From a virus: DNA of 64,000 nucleotides. The stretch is taken from IMG/VR virus record IMGVR_UViG_3300047564_002270, positions 32,001 to 96,000 of that record, one strand, 5' to 3'. The notes under the pieces were generated by a model. The model saw nothing but the letters and a program-made list of their open reading frames with translations. It ran no database searches and was not told the origin of the DNA. Position 1 is the first letter of the stretch, and each line of letters opens with the position of its first letter. Below are positions 43,453-52,834 of this stretch, piece after piece. Both the position numbers and the translations under genes were made by a program.

Positions 43453-43908
43453 TTATAGACCTAATTCGTCCTCTGTGATAATTCTGAATTCTATTCTTCG
43501 ATCATCACACCATTCTTTTGCTGCTCTCCATTTAGCAACATTTTTTTCATAAGTTAGTGCTTCAGTTATATATGTTTTATTTTGTTTTTTTGGAGAACGA
43601 ACAGGTGGTTTAGTTTGTTTTTTTGGTTTGACTTCAATTAAATATTTTTTAATCAATCCATTTTGCTCTTGAACCTTGATAATAAAATCTGGATAGTATC
43701 TTCTGACCTTATTAGTTGTTGGATCTACATAAGGAATAAAAAATTCTTCACTTCCCCACTCTAAAATATTTACCTTTCGGTCACAATATCTCATAAATCG
43801 AAGTTCCCAAGAACTCCTGTAAATAATATTTCTTGGATCTCCTTTATATTTTTGAGGATTTTGTGGGTTAAATCTTCCCTGATGATACTTACTTTCCCGA
43901 TCTCTCAT
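43453..43908 (-). CDS. gp4: head completion nuclease gp4
   Basis: P.NP.KYKGDP..IIYRSSWE, RRYYPDF, IEVKP, AKW.AA. Confidence 0.93.
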   Translation of the reverse strand: MRDRESKYHQGRFNPQNPQKYKGDPRNIIYRSSWELRFMRYCDRKVNILEWGSEEFFIPYVDPTTNKVRRYYPDFIIKVQEQNGLIKKYLIEVKPKKQTKPPVRSPKKQNKTYITEALTYEKNVAKWRAAKEWCDDRRIEFRIITEDELGL

Positions 43909-43946
43909 ATCCTGACTACATAATATATAATAAAATATTTATCCTA

Positions 43947-44849
43947 ATGGCAGGAGCTGTAGCAAAGCATTATAAGGTTTCGGAAATTAAACAGAAATTG
44001 ATGCGTCCGGCGCAGACTTCTGTTTATATGGTAGAGGTATTAACAAACCAAGAAGTAAATTCTTTTGTTTCTAGTAGGGGAGTCAGTGAAGCAAAACATA
44101 AGGAAATGATTAATCTTGCTTGCTGTGAAGCAAGTCTTCCTGGATCTAGTTTGGCAACGCACGAAGTCAATAATGACTATCACGGATCAACTGAAAAAAT
44201 GGTGTATCGTAGAATTTACGATGACACTATTGATTTAACTTTTTATGTTGATCACGAATATGCAGTTATTAAATATTTTCAGGGATGGATGAATTTTATT
44301 GTTGGTGAAGGGGAATACTTTGACTCAGAGCAGTATAAAAATCCTGCAACTTTTTACAGGATGCAATACCCAAAAAGATACAAGAGTGACATTCACCTTA
44401 TTAAATTTGAAAAAGATGTAAGTAAAAATTCTCCCAGACCCACACTTCAATATCAATTTATACAAGCATTTCCGATCAATATTGTTTCTACTCCAATATC
44501 TTATGATGCAAGTGATTTATTAAAAATTACGGTTTCTTTCTCTTATGTTAGATATGTAATGACTAATAGATTTAGTCCTTCTTATCAAAATGCAACTAGA
44601 AAACCTCCCATCATAGGAGATCCTGCAGATCAAGCTACAATAAATGGAAATGCTTTAAGTCCTTCATATCCATTTACTCCAGGAGTTCCTGAGTTATATA
44701 CTGCAGCAACAGCATTGGACGGAACTCAATATTTTAATGACAGTTTAAGAAATTTACCAAATACATTTTCTTATAACTCTTTTGCACCAAATGCTTCTAA
44801 CCCACCAGTTGGTGATTTTGGAACTCCTGGAACCTCTGGATTTGCGTAA
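43947..44849 (+). CDS. tail tube-fold baseplate protein (gp54/gp19-like)
   Basis: C.EASLPG; LTFYVD; AFPI......SY......ITV.F.Y. Confidence 0.8.
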   Translation: MAGAVAKHYKVSEIKQKLMRPAQTSVYMVEVLTNQEVNSFVSSRGVSEAKHKEMINLACCEASLPGSSLATHEVNNDYHGSTEKMVYRRIYDDTIDLTFYVDHEYAVIKYFQGWMNFIVGEGEYFDSEQYKNPATFYRMQYPKRYKSDIHLIKFEKDVSKNSPRPTLQYQFIQAFPINIVSTPISYDASDLLKITVSFSYVRYVMTNRFSPSYQNATRKPPIIGDPADQATINGNALSPSYPFTPGVPELYTAATALDGTQYFNDSLRNLPNTFSYNSFAPNASNPPVGDFGTPGTSGFA

Positions 44850-44880
44850 TAAATAAAACACCTGAATTGTATAGGAGATT

Positions 44881-45600
44881 ATGCCTTTACCAAAGATTTC
44901 TACTCCGACTTATGAGTTGGAATTGCCATCAACTGGAGAATCAATTAGATATAGACCGTTCTTAGTAAGAGAAGAAAAACTTCTTGTTCTTGCCCTTGAG
45001 AGTGAAAACACTAAAGATATTACGAATGCAATTAAAACAGTTATTAAAAATTGCATTCAATCAAAAGGAATTAAAGTTGAAATTCTTCCTACATTTGATA
45101 TTGAATATTTGTTCCTTAACATTCGTGGAAAATCAGTTGGCGAAGAAATAGAAGTTAATTTGATTTGCCCAGATGATAGTGAAACAACAGTATTAACTAA
45201 GATTGCTGTTGATGATATTCAGGTTAAAAAGAATGAAGAGCATACTAATCAAATTAAGATTGATGATAATTTGATGATGGAAATGAAGTATCCATCATTA
45301 GATCAGTTCATTAAGAGTAATTTTGATTTTTCTTCTGGAAACAATATGGATCAATCTTTTGATTTGATTGTTTCTTGTATTGCTAAGATTTATAACGCAG
45401 AAGAAGTTTGGTCTTCATCAGATGTGACTAAGAAAGAACTTGTCGATTTCTTAGATCAAATGAACTCATCACAATTTAAACAAATTGAAAAGTTCTTTGA
45501 GACTATGCCTAAACTTTCCCACGAAGTTAAGATTACAAATCCAAATACAAATGTTGAAAGCACTGTTGTTCTTGAGGGGCTATCGAGTTTTTTCGCGTAG
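44881..45600 (+). CDS. gp26: baseplate hub assembly protein gp26
   Basis: MPLPKI.TPTYEL.LPS, RPFLV.EEK, FDIEYLFL.IR.KSVGE, EGLSSFF. Confidence 0.93.
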   Translation: MPLPKISTPTYELELPSTGESIRYRPFLVREEKLLVLALESENTKDITNAIKTVIKNCIQSKGIKVEILPTFDIEYLFLNIRGKSVGEEIEVNLICPDDSETTVLTKIAVDDIQVKKNEEHTNQIKIDDNLMMEMKYPSLDQFIKSNFDFSSGNNMDQSFDLIVSCIAKIYNAEEVWSSSDVTKKELVDFLDQMNSSQFKQIEKFFETMPKLSHEVKITNPNTNVESTVVLEGLSSFFA

Positions 45601-45602
45601 CA

Positions 45603-45776
45603 ATGGTCCATATGGACCTTGAGAATTATTATAAATTAAATTTTGCTTTGATGCAGTATCATAAATACTCATTGACCGAAATTGAAAACTTGATGCCTTG
45701 GGAACGTGATGTTTATGTTATGCTTCTAGAGCAGCACTTAGAAGAAGAAAGACAAAAACAACAGCAAAAACAGTAA
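45603..45776 (+). CDS. gp51: baseplate hub assembly catalyst gp51 (57 aa, not in ORF track)
   Basis: LENYYKLNFALMQYHKYSLTEIENLMPWERDVYV. Confidence 0.88.
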   Translation: MVHMDLENYYKLNFALMQYHKYSLTEIENLMPWERDVYVMLLEQHLEEERQKQQQKQ

Positions 45777-48569
45777 ATGGCAGTCGAGGATCCTACTAAA
45801 AAACAAATAGAAGAAGTAGATCCAGAAGTTGCCAAAATTCTTGGGTTGGAGGATAACTTTGACTTAGAATATGATGAGTATATGCAATTGTTGAGAGAAA
45901 CAATTGTTAAAAGTTCCTTCGATGAAAAGTCAAAGTTATCTGAAGATGATCTAGCAAAACTTGCTAACGAAAGAAAGAGAATAAGAGATCTTAAAGGATC
46001 TAAATTTACTGCAGCAAAAAAAGGAATAAATGTAGACTCTTTTTTTAATAAGAAACCTCAAGGTCAAGGGACAAATCAAAAACCCGTCACAGATCCTGCA
46101 AAGTTATTATCAGGATCTGGAGGTGCTTTAGCAAATTACCAACCACCAGAACCTGAACAAGAACAAGAAAAACAGGTAGATAATAATTCAAAAAAGATTG
46201 GGGAAATAGAAAAGTTTTTAAATGGATCTCTACTTGATATTGTAAAAGAAATTAGAGGATTGACCGAGAGTATCCTTTCTATATTACAAAAACAGTCTTC
46301 TGCTGATAAAAAGGGATCGGAATTATCAAGAAGAGAAAGAGAGAAGACTGGAAAGGAAGGTAAGGAGAAAGATTTAGAAGGCAAGAAGGAAGAGAAAAAG
46401 GGTTTAGGACTAATCAATAAAATTCTTAAACCCTTTACGAGTATCTTTGATACGATTAAGAATTTTATAATGATGGTTCTTCTTGGGTCTTTGGTTAATT
46501 GGTTATTTACTGTCTTACAAAATCCAATGACATTACTCAAACCTATACAGGGTTTGATTGATGGTATAACTGGTTTCTTTAATACAGTTATACAATTTAT
46601 TGATAAGATGGTTGTTCAACCGGTGAGAAATTTTATTGATGCAATTAATTCTGCATTGAATGGTTTTATTGGTCTTTTGAATGGTGCATTAAAAATGCTT
46701 CCGGGTTCCCCTCAAATAGGGTCTGCGAATATTCCTAACATTCCACAAGCTCCAGAACTTCAAGCACCCAATATTACTGGTGAACCAAAGAACCCAGAAC
46801 CTAAACCAACTGCAGGTCCACCAATTAATCTTAAATTTACTGGTGGAGAAGTTAGACCTCCAAAAGTAGTAAAAAAAGAAACTGGTGGATCTATTCCAGG
46901 AAATGCAGCAGATAGGAAAAAATTATCTTTTAATGATACAGTTTCAAGAGAGGGTGGAAATGTATCTTCTAAAACTACTTCATTCAATGTTTCTGGTCTA
47001 GGTCCCGATAAACATCTAACTGCTCTTTCAACTGGAGAATATGTATTAAAGAAAGGTGCTGCTGATTGGTTAGGAGGTCCAGTATATCTTGATAATATCA
47101 ATAAGATGTTTGGTGGAACAACTGAAAGAAAAGTTGCTAATCTTGGAGATATTAAAATTGAAGCGAAGTCGACTGGAGGTCAGATTGGTGGATCTAGTGG
47201 TTCCAATGGTGCTAGAGGATCTAGTGGTTCCAGTGGTTCCAATGGTGCTAGAGGATCTAGTGGTGCTAGTAGTTCTGGAGGTTCTTCAAATGGATTTAAG
47301 ATTGGTGATAGAATTTTTAGCCCGACAGAATATAGTAAGAATGTAATATCAACTCGTTATATTACAGTTGGTAAAAATCCTCCAAAATCATATGTTCTTG
47401 GATATGTTAGAGATAGTGCAAGTAGTGGAAAATATACTATTAAAATGGTCAATAAACTAGTGTCTTCTGCTGGATTGGGAAAGTTAGTTGGAAAAAGCGA
47501 CGAATTGACCGGAGTTCTTCCATCAAGTCCAGAAGGACAATCTATTTTAAAATCTGCAAACGTTGCTGATTATTTTAGAACTGTAGTTGGCACTGCAAAA
47601 ATGTTTAAACTCGAATTGAAATATGATAAAGATGCGGATATTCAATATTGGTATAATCAAGCATATCAAACACATTATAATGATTGGAAGGATAAATTAG
47701 GAGTATCTGATGAAAAGGCTAAGCAGATGGCATCAGTTGCTGCTGCTGAATTTGCAATATCTAAATCTAAAGGATCTAAAGGGTCTTGGTTGCCTGGATC
47801 ACCACAATCCAAAGCTCCTGAGTCTTTAAGATATCAAGGTGTTGAAACTGATAATCTATCGGGACCTGCATCTGCAGACTCTCCGGCAGCAGATGCTCCT
47901 AAAGACGATAAAACATTAAAATTTGATGATGCCGCTTTAACCTCAGGAACAATCTATGGGGACCCTGCAAAAGACTCTTATGCAAGTCCATCTACTCCAT
48001 TAATTCCTACTGGACCTGGATCTAGAAATCCTCAAAGTGAAACTGGAGAACCTAAGAAATCAACTCAATCTCAACCATCAACACCATTAATTCCTTCTTC
48101 ACCACCATCATCTTCATCATTATCTGAAGACCAACTTAATAAAATGTCGGTGGATCAATTGAGTAAAATGTTAGATCCATCAAAAGTTGGAGCATCTAAT
48201 CCAGCAGTTTTTGAAGCTGCTACAAGAGCTAGAGAAGAGGGTAAAGCACAAGGTCTTACTGGGGAAGTATTAGAAAAGAAAGTATTAATAGCATCTATTT
48301 TAGCAAAGAAAGGTGGAGCATCATCTGCTGTTTCTTCACCTACAACTTCTCCTTCTATAGCACCTGGGAAACCACCTAATATACCAGGTGTTCCCGAAAG
48401 TCAACCAAGTGTATCTATGTTGCCACTACCATCTGTTGGGAAAGGAGGAAACCCACAATCAGGAATGACAAAAACTGGATCAACACCTGTTGTTTATTTT
48501 AATTCTTATGACAGTAGTGAGGCTGCTATAATTACAACCGCAGCTCTTTATAACATCTGGGGAATGTAG
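45777..48569 (+). CDS. large tail/hub protein (tape-measure-like, low complexity)
   Basis: Amphipathic helical region, L..GEYVL motif, Ser/Gly/Pro linkers; follows gp26/gp51. Confidence 0.7.
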   Translation: MAVEDPTKKQIEEVDPEVAKILGLEDNFDLEYDEYMQLLRETIVKSSFDEKSKLSEDDLAKLANERKRIRDLKGSKFTAAKKGINVDSFFNKKPQGQGTNQKPVTDPAKLLSGSGGALANYQPPEPEQEQEKQVDNNSKKIGEIEKFLNGSLLDIVKEIRGLTESILSILQKQSSADKKGSELSRREREKTGKEGKEKDLEGKKEEKKGLGLINKILKPFTSIFDTIKNFIMMVLLGSLVNWLFTVLQNPMTLLKPIQGLIDGITGFFNTVIQFIDKMVVQPVRNFIDAINSALNGFIGLLNGALKMLPGSPQIGSANIPNIPQAPELQAPNITGEPKNPEPKPTAGPPINLKFTGGEVRPPKVVKKETGGSIPGNAADRKKLSFNDTVSREGGNVSSKTTSFNVSGLGPDKHLTALSTGEYVLKKGAADWLGGPVYLDNINKMFGGTTERKVANLGDIKIEAKSTGGQIGGSSGSNGARGSSGSSGSNGARGSSGASSSGGSSNGFKIGDRIFSPTEYSKNVISTRYITVGKNPPKSYVLGYVRDSASSGKYTIKMVNKLVSSAGLGKLVGKSDELTGVLPSSPEGQSILKSANVADYFRTVVGTAKMFKLELKYDKDADIQYWYNQAYQTHYNDWKDKLGVSDEKAKQMASVAAAEFAISKSKGSKGSWLPGSPQSKAPESLRYQGVETDNLSGPASADSPAADAPKDDKTLKFDDAALTSGTIYGDPAKDSYASPSTPLIPTGPGSRNPQSETGEPKKSTQSQPSTPLIPSSPPSSSSLSEDQLNKMSVDQLSKMLDPSKVGASNPAVFEAATRAREEGKAQGLTGEVLEKKVLIASILAKKGGASSAVSSPTTSPSIAPGKPPNIPGVPESQPSVSMLPLPSVGKGGNPQSGMTKTGSTPVVYFNSYDSSEAAIITTAALYNIWGM
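47189..47275 (+). repeat. tandem GSS/GSNGARGSS coding repeat
   Basis: AGTGGTTCCAATGGTGCTAGAGGATCTAGTGGT occurs twice. Confidence 0.8.
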
Positions 48570-48581
48570 GGGGATAGATAG

Positions 48582-51500
48582 ATGCTTCCTTTATTACTTG
48601 GCGCAGGAAGAATGTTAGCAGCAGGAGCAGCAAGAGGTGCTGCTACAGGGGCAGCAAGAGGAGCAATTGTTGGAGGAATTAAAGAGACTGTAAAGAAAGG
48701 TATTGTTGATGGGGCAAAGAAAAAAGCGACCTCATTTATTAAGAAAAAAACTACCAAAGCTAATAAGAAAATATCTCCAGATAAATTAATACCAAAAGGA
48801 AGTAAGGGTAGTGGCACTGGAGCATTAGTTCGTCGTAAGTCATCTGCAATTGTTCGTCGTCCAACTTCTGCTCTTGTTAAACCCGTCGATAAAGAAACTG
48901 GGGTAGAAGAAAAGCAACAAAAAGAAGAACAAAAACCCTTTGATGGTGGAGATCTAATCAAGGAATTAATTGCAATCAAAGAAACTTTGATTAAAATTAA
49001 AGGAGTTTTTGGATCTAATTTAGCAAATACTTTAAGAAATCAAAGAAGTCAAAGAATTCTTAGAAGTAAAGAAAAGGCATCTAAGAGAGAGGCAGAATTA
49101 GAGAAAAAAGGTCCTGAGAAAAAAGGTAAGATATTAGAGGGTCCTAAAAAGAAACTAAGTTTCTTTGATATGATTTGGAATTATATTAGTAATGTTTTAT
49201 TAGGAAGTCTTGCAAATTTCTTATTTAATTATGTTCCTCAGATTATTAAAATGTTTGGGGAAATTGCTAAAGGTCTTGAAAATCCTTTACAGCAATTAAG
49301 ATTAGGAATAATTGCTCTCACAACTTTATTCCCGAAACAAATTAAGTTTCTTGCTAAACTGACAGGGATGATCATTGGTCCCCCTGCAAGATTGATAGGA
49401 AAACTTTTATTAAAAGCAGGAGGAGTCGCTAAGAACTTATTTAAGAAAGCAGGAACTCTTGTTTTTAATTTAATTAAGGGCCCTCTTACAAATTTAGTAA
49501 AGAGAATTGGTGGAGAAGCATTAGAGCAAGGTATAAAATCAACTGCTAAAGGTGCTGTTAAATTTGCAGGAAAAGCAGCAGCAAAAGCAGGTACTGCTAT
49601 AGGAACTAGTGCTAGATTTTTAAAACGATTTAGAGCATTTTCTAAAATGTTTAAAAGAGTTCCAGTTATTGGGGCTTTGATTGGCATTGGTATTGATATG
49701 GCAATGGGAGAGCCATTGGATCGTGCTATTATAGGTGCTGCCGGTGCTAGTTTAGGTTCAGCAATTGGTGGATTAATAGGACAAGGTGTTATTCCAATTC
49801 CTGGTCTTGGTGCTCTTGTTGGTGCTGGTATTGGTGGTGCTATTGGTGATTGGGGGGCAAAAGAAATTTATAAAAATTTGTCAGGAAGAACTGGTCCAGT
49901 TGATAAGGCAAACCCAATTCCCGTTGAACGTCGTTATGCTGCAGGTAGAGTTGGTGGTGGTTCTAGATCTATGCCAAGTAGGACTACCAATATACAAGCA
50001 AAACCTGCAGTAGCAACAACTAAAGTTTCTGCCGATGTTGAAAGTAAGGCAAAGGAAGATATTCTTAAGGATGAGAAAAGTTTAAACAGATTTAAATCTC
50101 TCTCATCAACTTTTGCAGGAACTCCATTTATTGGTCAGTTATTGAAGATGGGTATTGATATTGGAATGGGAGCACAAGTTCAAAAGACACAGACTGATGC
50201 TGCTGCTCAAGACCTTGGATTTACTATTGGTAAAGCATTAGAAGATGATGAGTTTTCAGTTCCTGGTTTAAACAAAAGAATTATTGGACCTTTATCTAAG
50301 AATTTAACTGAGTGGGCAAAGAAAAGAATATTTTATGAAGTAAAATCAAGAGAAGGATTGTTCCCATCAATCGAAAAATCAAAAGACCAGGCAGGTAAAG
50401 CAGGTGAGGGTGGACAGCAACCAGCAACTGATGGTGGAGGAGTTAATATACAGGGAGGAGATGCTGATTTTTGGACACTGGCAGCAGTAGTTTCTAGAGA
50501 GGATGGTGATCCACAAGGACAGGCAGACGTTGCGCAGTCAATTTATAATAGACTTGCATCCGGTGCTTATGGTGGAAAAACTATAAAAGATTTAATTACC
50601 AGAACCTGGCAGTATGAACCAACTTGGAGATATCCAGGTGGTGCAACTAAAGGAAGAGGTAATCCTAATCCAGAATGGTTTAATATAAAAGATTTAGCTA
50701 GCGCAGCTGCTGCGACAGGAACTTCAGAATTCCACGTTTCTCAAGCTGCTAAAGCTATTCTAGATGCAAACCTTCAAAAAAATTCAAAAGAATTTGTTCA
50801 AGGAAGAACTGATTTTACTGGATACGCTAAATCTGCTAGAAGAGGTCAAATCCAAAGAAAGAGTGGTGACAATTATTTTGGATGGGACTTTAATTATTCT
50901 GGTAATAAAATAGCATTAGTCCCCAATTTCAATGCATCTGCATCATCTTCTTCTGGAGGTGGTGGAGGAGGAAAAAATGAACCTAACGTAGCTCAAAAAG
51001 ACAAAAAAATATTCTTACATTGGACTGCTGGCGGATATAATGATAATCCTAGTGGATTTGGATATAATGCTGTTTTTGATGGTAGTGGAAAGAAACAACA
51101 AATTCGCCCATATAATCAGGCAGGAGAGCATACTTGGCGTAGAAATGCAAATTCTGTAGGACTAGCAGTTGCTGCTATGGGTGGAAAAACTGATCCTTGG
51201 AGTGTTCCTCCTAAAGCAAATCAAATTTCAGCAATGACTGCTGAAGCTGCTAAAATTGCTAAATCTTGGGGTTGGAAAGCATCTGATGTTAATTCCAAAA
51301 ATATTATGACTCACGCTGAGATTGCAAAGATAGATGGTTATGGACCTGGATCTGGTGATAAACAAATGAGGTGGGATTTCCTTCAAACGGAAAAAGGAAA
51401 ACCTGATTGGTCTGGAGGAAATGAACTTCGTAGTAAGATTAAATCTTCTATGGGAGGTGGATATGGTTTTAATCATCAGCATATTGTTCCATCTTTTGCT

Positions 51501-52829
51501 ATGGGTGGAAATCACGTAGTAACTTCATCAATGGGGATGAGAAATTTTGCTCTATCTCCCGGTATGCATATGGGAGTTGACATTGCGGGATCCACTGGAG
51601 AACCTTTGCAAGCATTTACTGATGGAACTGTTGAAGCAACCTCTCCACCATCACCTTCTGCTGGTTATGGAAATTGGGTAAGTTGGATTGATAGCAATGG
51701 TATTGGGCATCTCTATGGGCATATGAACAAGCCTCCTTTTGTAAGAGCGGGTCAAAAGGTAAAGAAAGGAACTGTTCTTGGAGAACTTGGAAGCACTGGA
51801 AAATCTTCAGGACCTCACTTACATTGGGAAGCAGCAACAAATCCACAAGATACTGGAAGACCAAAGAGTTCAGTTCTTTCAAGATTTAATCCACTATCAA
51901 GATATAACAAAGAAGCTCCTTTTGGTGGAACTATTAAATCCGATGGTTCTGTTCCAGAAAGTTCAGGAACTTCATCCAACCACGATGCAGCACCTGGTTC
52001 AACTTCCCCAGGAACTTCGAGTTCAAATCAATTATCTTTCTCTGATAGTGCTCTGACTTCAGGAACAATCTATGGAGATCCTGCTAAGGGTGGTGGATCT
52101 GGAACTAGAGGTAAAATCGTAGAATACTTAACTGGAGATCCTAATAGTCCTAACATTGCAGGAAAAGCATATGATAGGGCAGGACACGGAACACCTGGCA
52201 ATTATCACGATCACGTTGCCTTTAATGATCGTCAGACTGCAATAGATGCTTATAAATTCTTTAAATCAAAAGGTGTAGATGTCACTGAATTTAAAGGATT
52301 TGGTAGTGTTGGTGGCCACGCAATAAATTCTTATCATTATTCCGGTTTAGCATTTGATATTCCAGGATATCAATGGGGTGGAAGTGGTCCTGTTGGTGAT
52401 AAAGATTATGCTGGGTCAAGAAAAGTTAGAGCACTTCTAAATGAATTTTTTGGAGGATCAATACCTGTTGGAAGTGGACCTCCTCCTTCAGATATTGCTC
52501 AAGGATCTCAACCAAATGCAGATGGATCGAATAATGGAGGATTACAGTTCTCTGAATCTGATTTAACTTCGGGAACAATCTATGGAGATCCATCAAAAGA
52601 ATTCTATAAAAAGGAGATGGCAAATATTGATCAACTCAAGCAAAAACCATCTTATGATCAGAGTGGGAAACAAAGTATAGTTATGTTGCCACCTATGCAG
52701 GCACAATCTGCACCAGGACAATCTGGTGGTGGTAGGGGTATTTCACCTATTTCTGGTGGGTTAAATAATAAAGAAGTTTCCGCGCTTTCTGTCCGTCAAA
52801 TTCTAGCATCAGCACTTTATAAAATTTAA
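48582..52829 (+). CDS. tape-measure-like virion protein with multiple peptidoglycan hydrolase domains
   Basis: GA-rich TM-like region; SleB-like (LAAVVSRE..VAQSIYNR..QYEP); amidase_2 (FLHWTAG..HTW.RN..THAE); M23 (HMGVD..YGHM..GPHLHWE). Confidence 0.85.
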   Translation: MLPLLLGAGRMLAAGAARGAATGAARGAIVGGIKETVKKGIVDGAKKKATSFIKKKTTKANKKISPDKLIPKGSKGSGTGALVRRKSSAIVRRPTSALVKPVDKETGVEEKQQKEEQKPFDGGDLIKELIAIKETLIKIKGVFGSNLANTLRNQRSQRILRSKEKASKREAELEKKGPEKKGKILEGPKKKLSFFDMIWNYISNVLLGSLANFLFNYVPQIIKMFGEIAKGLENPLQQLRLGIIALTTLFPKQIKFLAKLTGMIIGPPARLIGKLLLKAGGVAKNLFKKAGTLVFNLIKGPLTNLVKRIGGEALEQGIKSTAKGAVKFAGKAAAKAGTAIGTSARFLKRFRAFSKMFKRVPVIGALIGIGIDMAMGEPLDRAIIGAAGASLGSAIGGLIGQGVIPIPGLGALVGAGIGGAIGDWGAKEIYKNLSGRTGPVDKANPIPVERRYAAGRVGGGSRSMPSRTTNIQAKPAVATTKVSADVESKAKEDILKDEKSLNRFKSLSSTFAGTPFIGQLLKMGIDIGMGAQVQKTQTDAAAQDLGFTIGKALEDDEFSVPGLNKRIIGPLSKNLTEWAKKRIFYEVKSREGLFPSIEKSKDQAGKAGEGGQQPATDGGGVNIQGGDADFWTLAAVVSREDGDPQGQADVAQSIYNRLASGAYGGKTIKDLITRTWQYEPTWRYPGGATKGRGNPNPEWFNIKDLASAAAATGTSEFHVSQAAKAILDANLQKNSKEFVQGRTDFTGYAKSARRGQIQRKSGDNYFGWDFNYSGNKIALVPNFNASASSSSGGGGGGKNEPNVAQKDKKIFLHWTAGGYNDNPSGFGYNAVFDGSGKKQQIRPYNQAGEHTWRRNANSVGLAVAAMGGKTDPWSVPPKANQISAMTAEAAKIAKSWGWKASDVNSKNIMTHAEIAKIDGYGPGSGDKQMRWDFLQTEKGKPDWSGGNELRSKIKSSMGGGYGFNHQHIVPSFAMGGNHVVTSSMGMRNFALSPGMHMGVDIAGSTGEPLQAFTDGTVEATSPPSPSAGYGNWVSWIDSNGIGHLYGHMNKPPFVRAGQKVKKGTVLGELGSTGKSSGPHLHWEAATNPQDTGRPKSSVLSRFNPLSRYNKEAPFGGTIKSDGSVPESSGTSSNHDAAPGSTSPGTSSSNQLSFSDSALTSGTIYGDPAKGGGSGTRGKIVEYLTGDPNSPNIAGKAYDRAGHGTPGNYHDHVAFNDRQTAIDAYKFFKSKGVDVTEFKGFGSVGGHAINSYHYSGLAFDIPGYQWGGSGPVGDKDYAGSRKVRALLNEFFGGSIPVGSGPPPSDIAQGSQPNADGSNNGGLQFSESDLTSGTIYGDPSKEFYKKEMANIDQLKQKPSYDQSGKQSIVMLPPMQAQSAPGQSGGGRGISPISGGLNNKEVSALSVRQILASALYKI

Positions 52830-52834
52830 GATTA

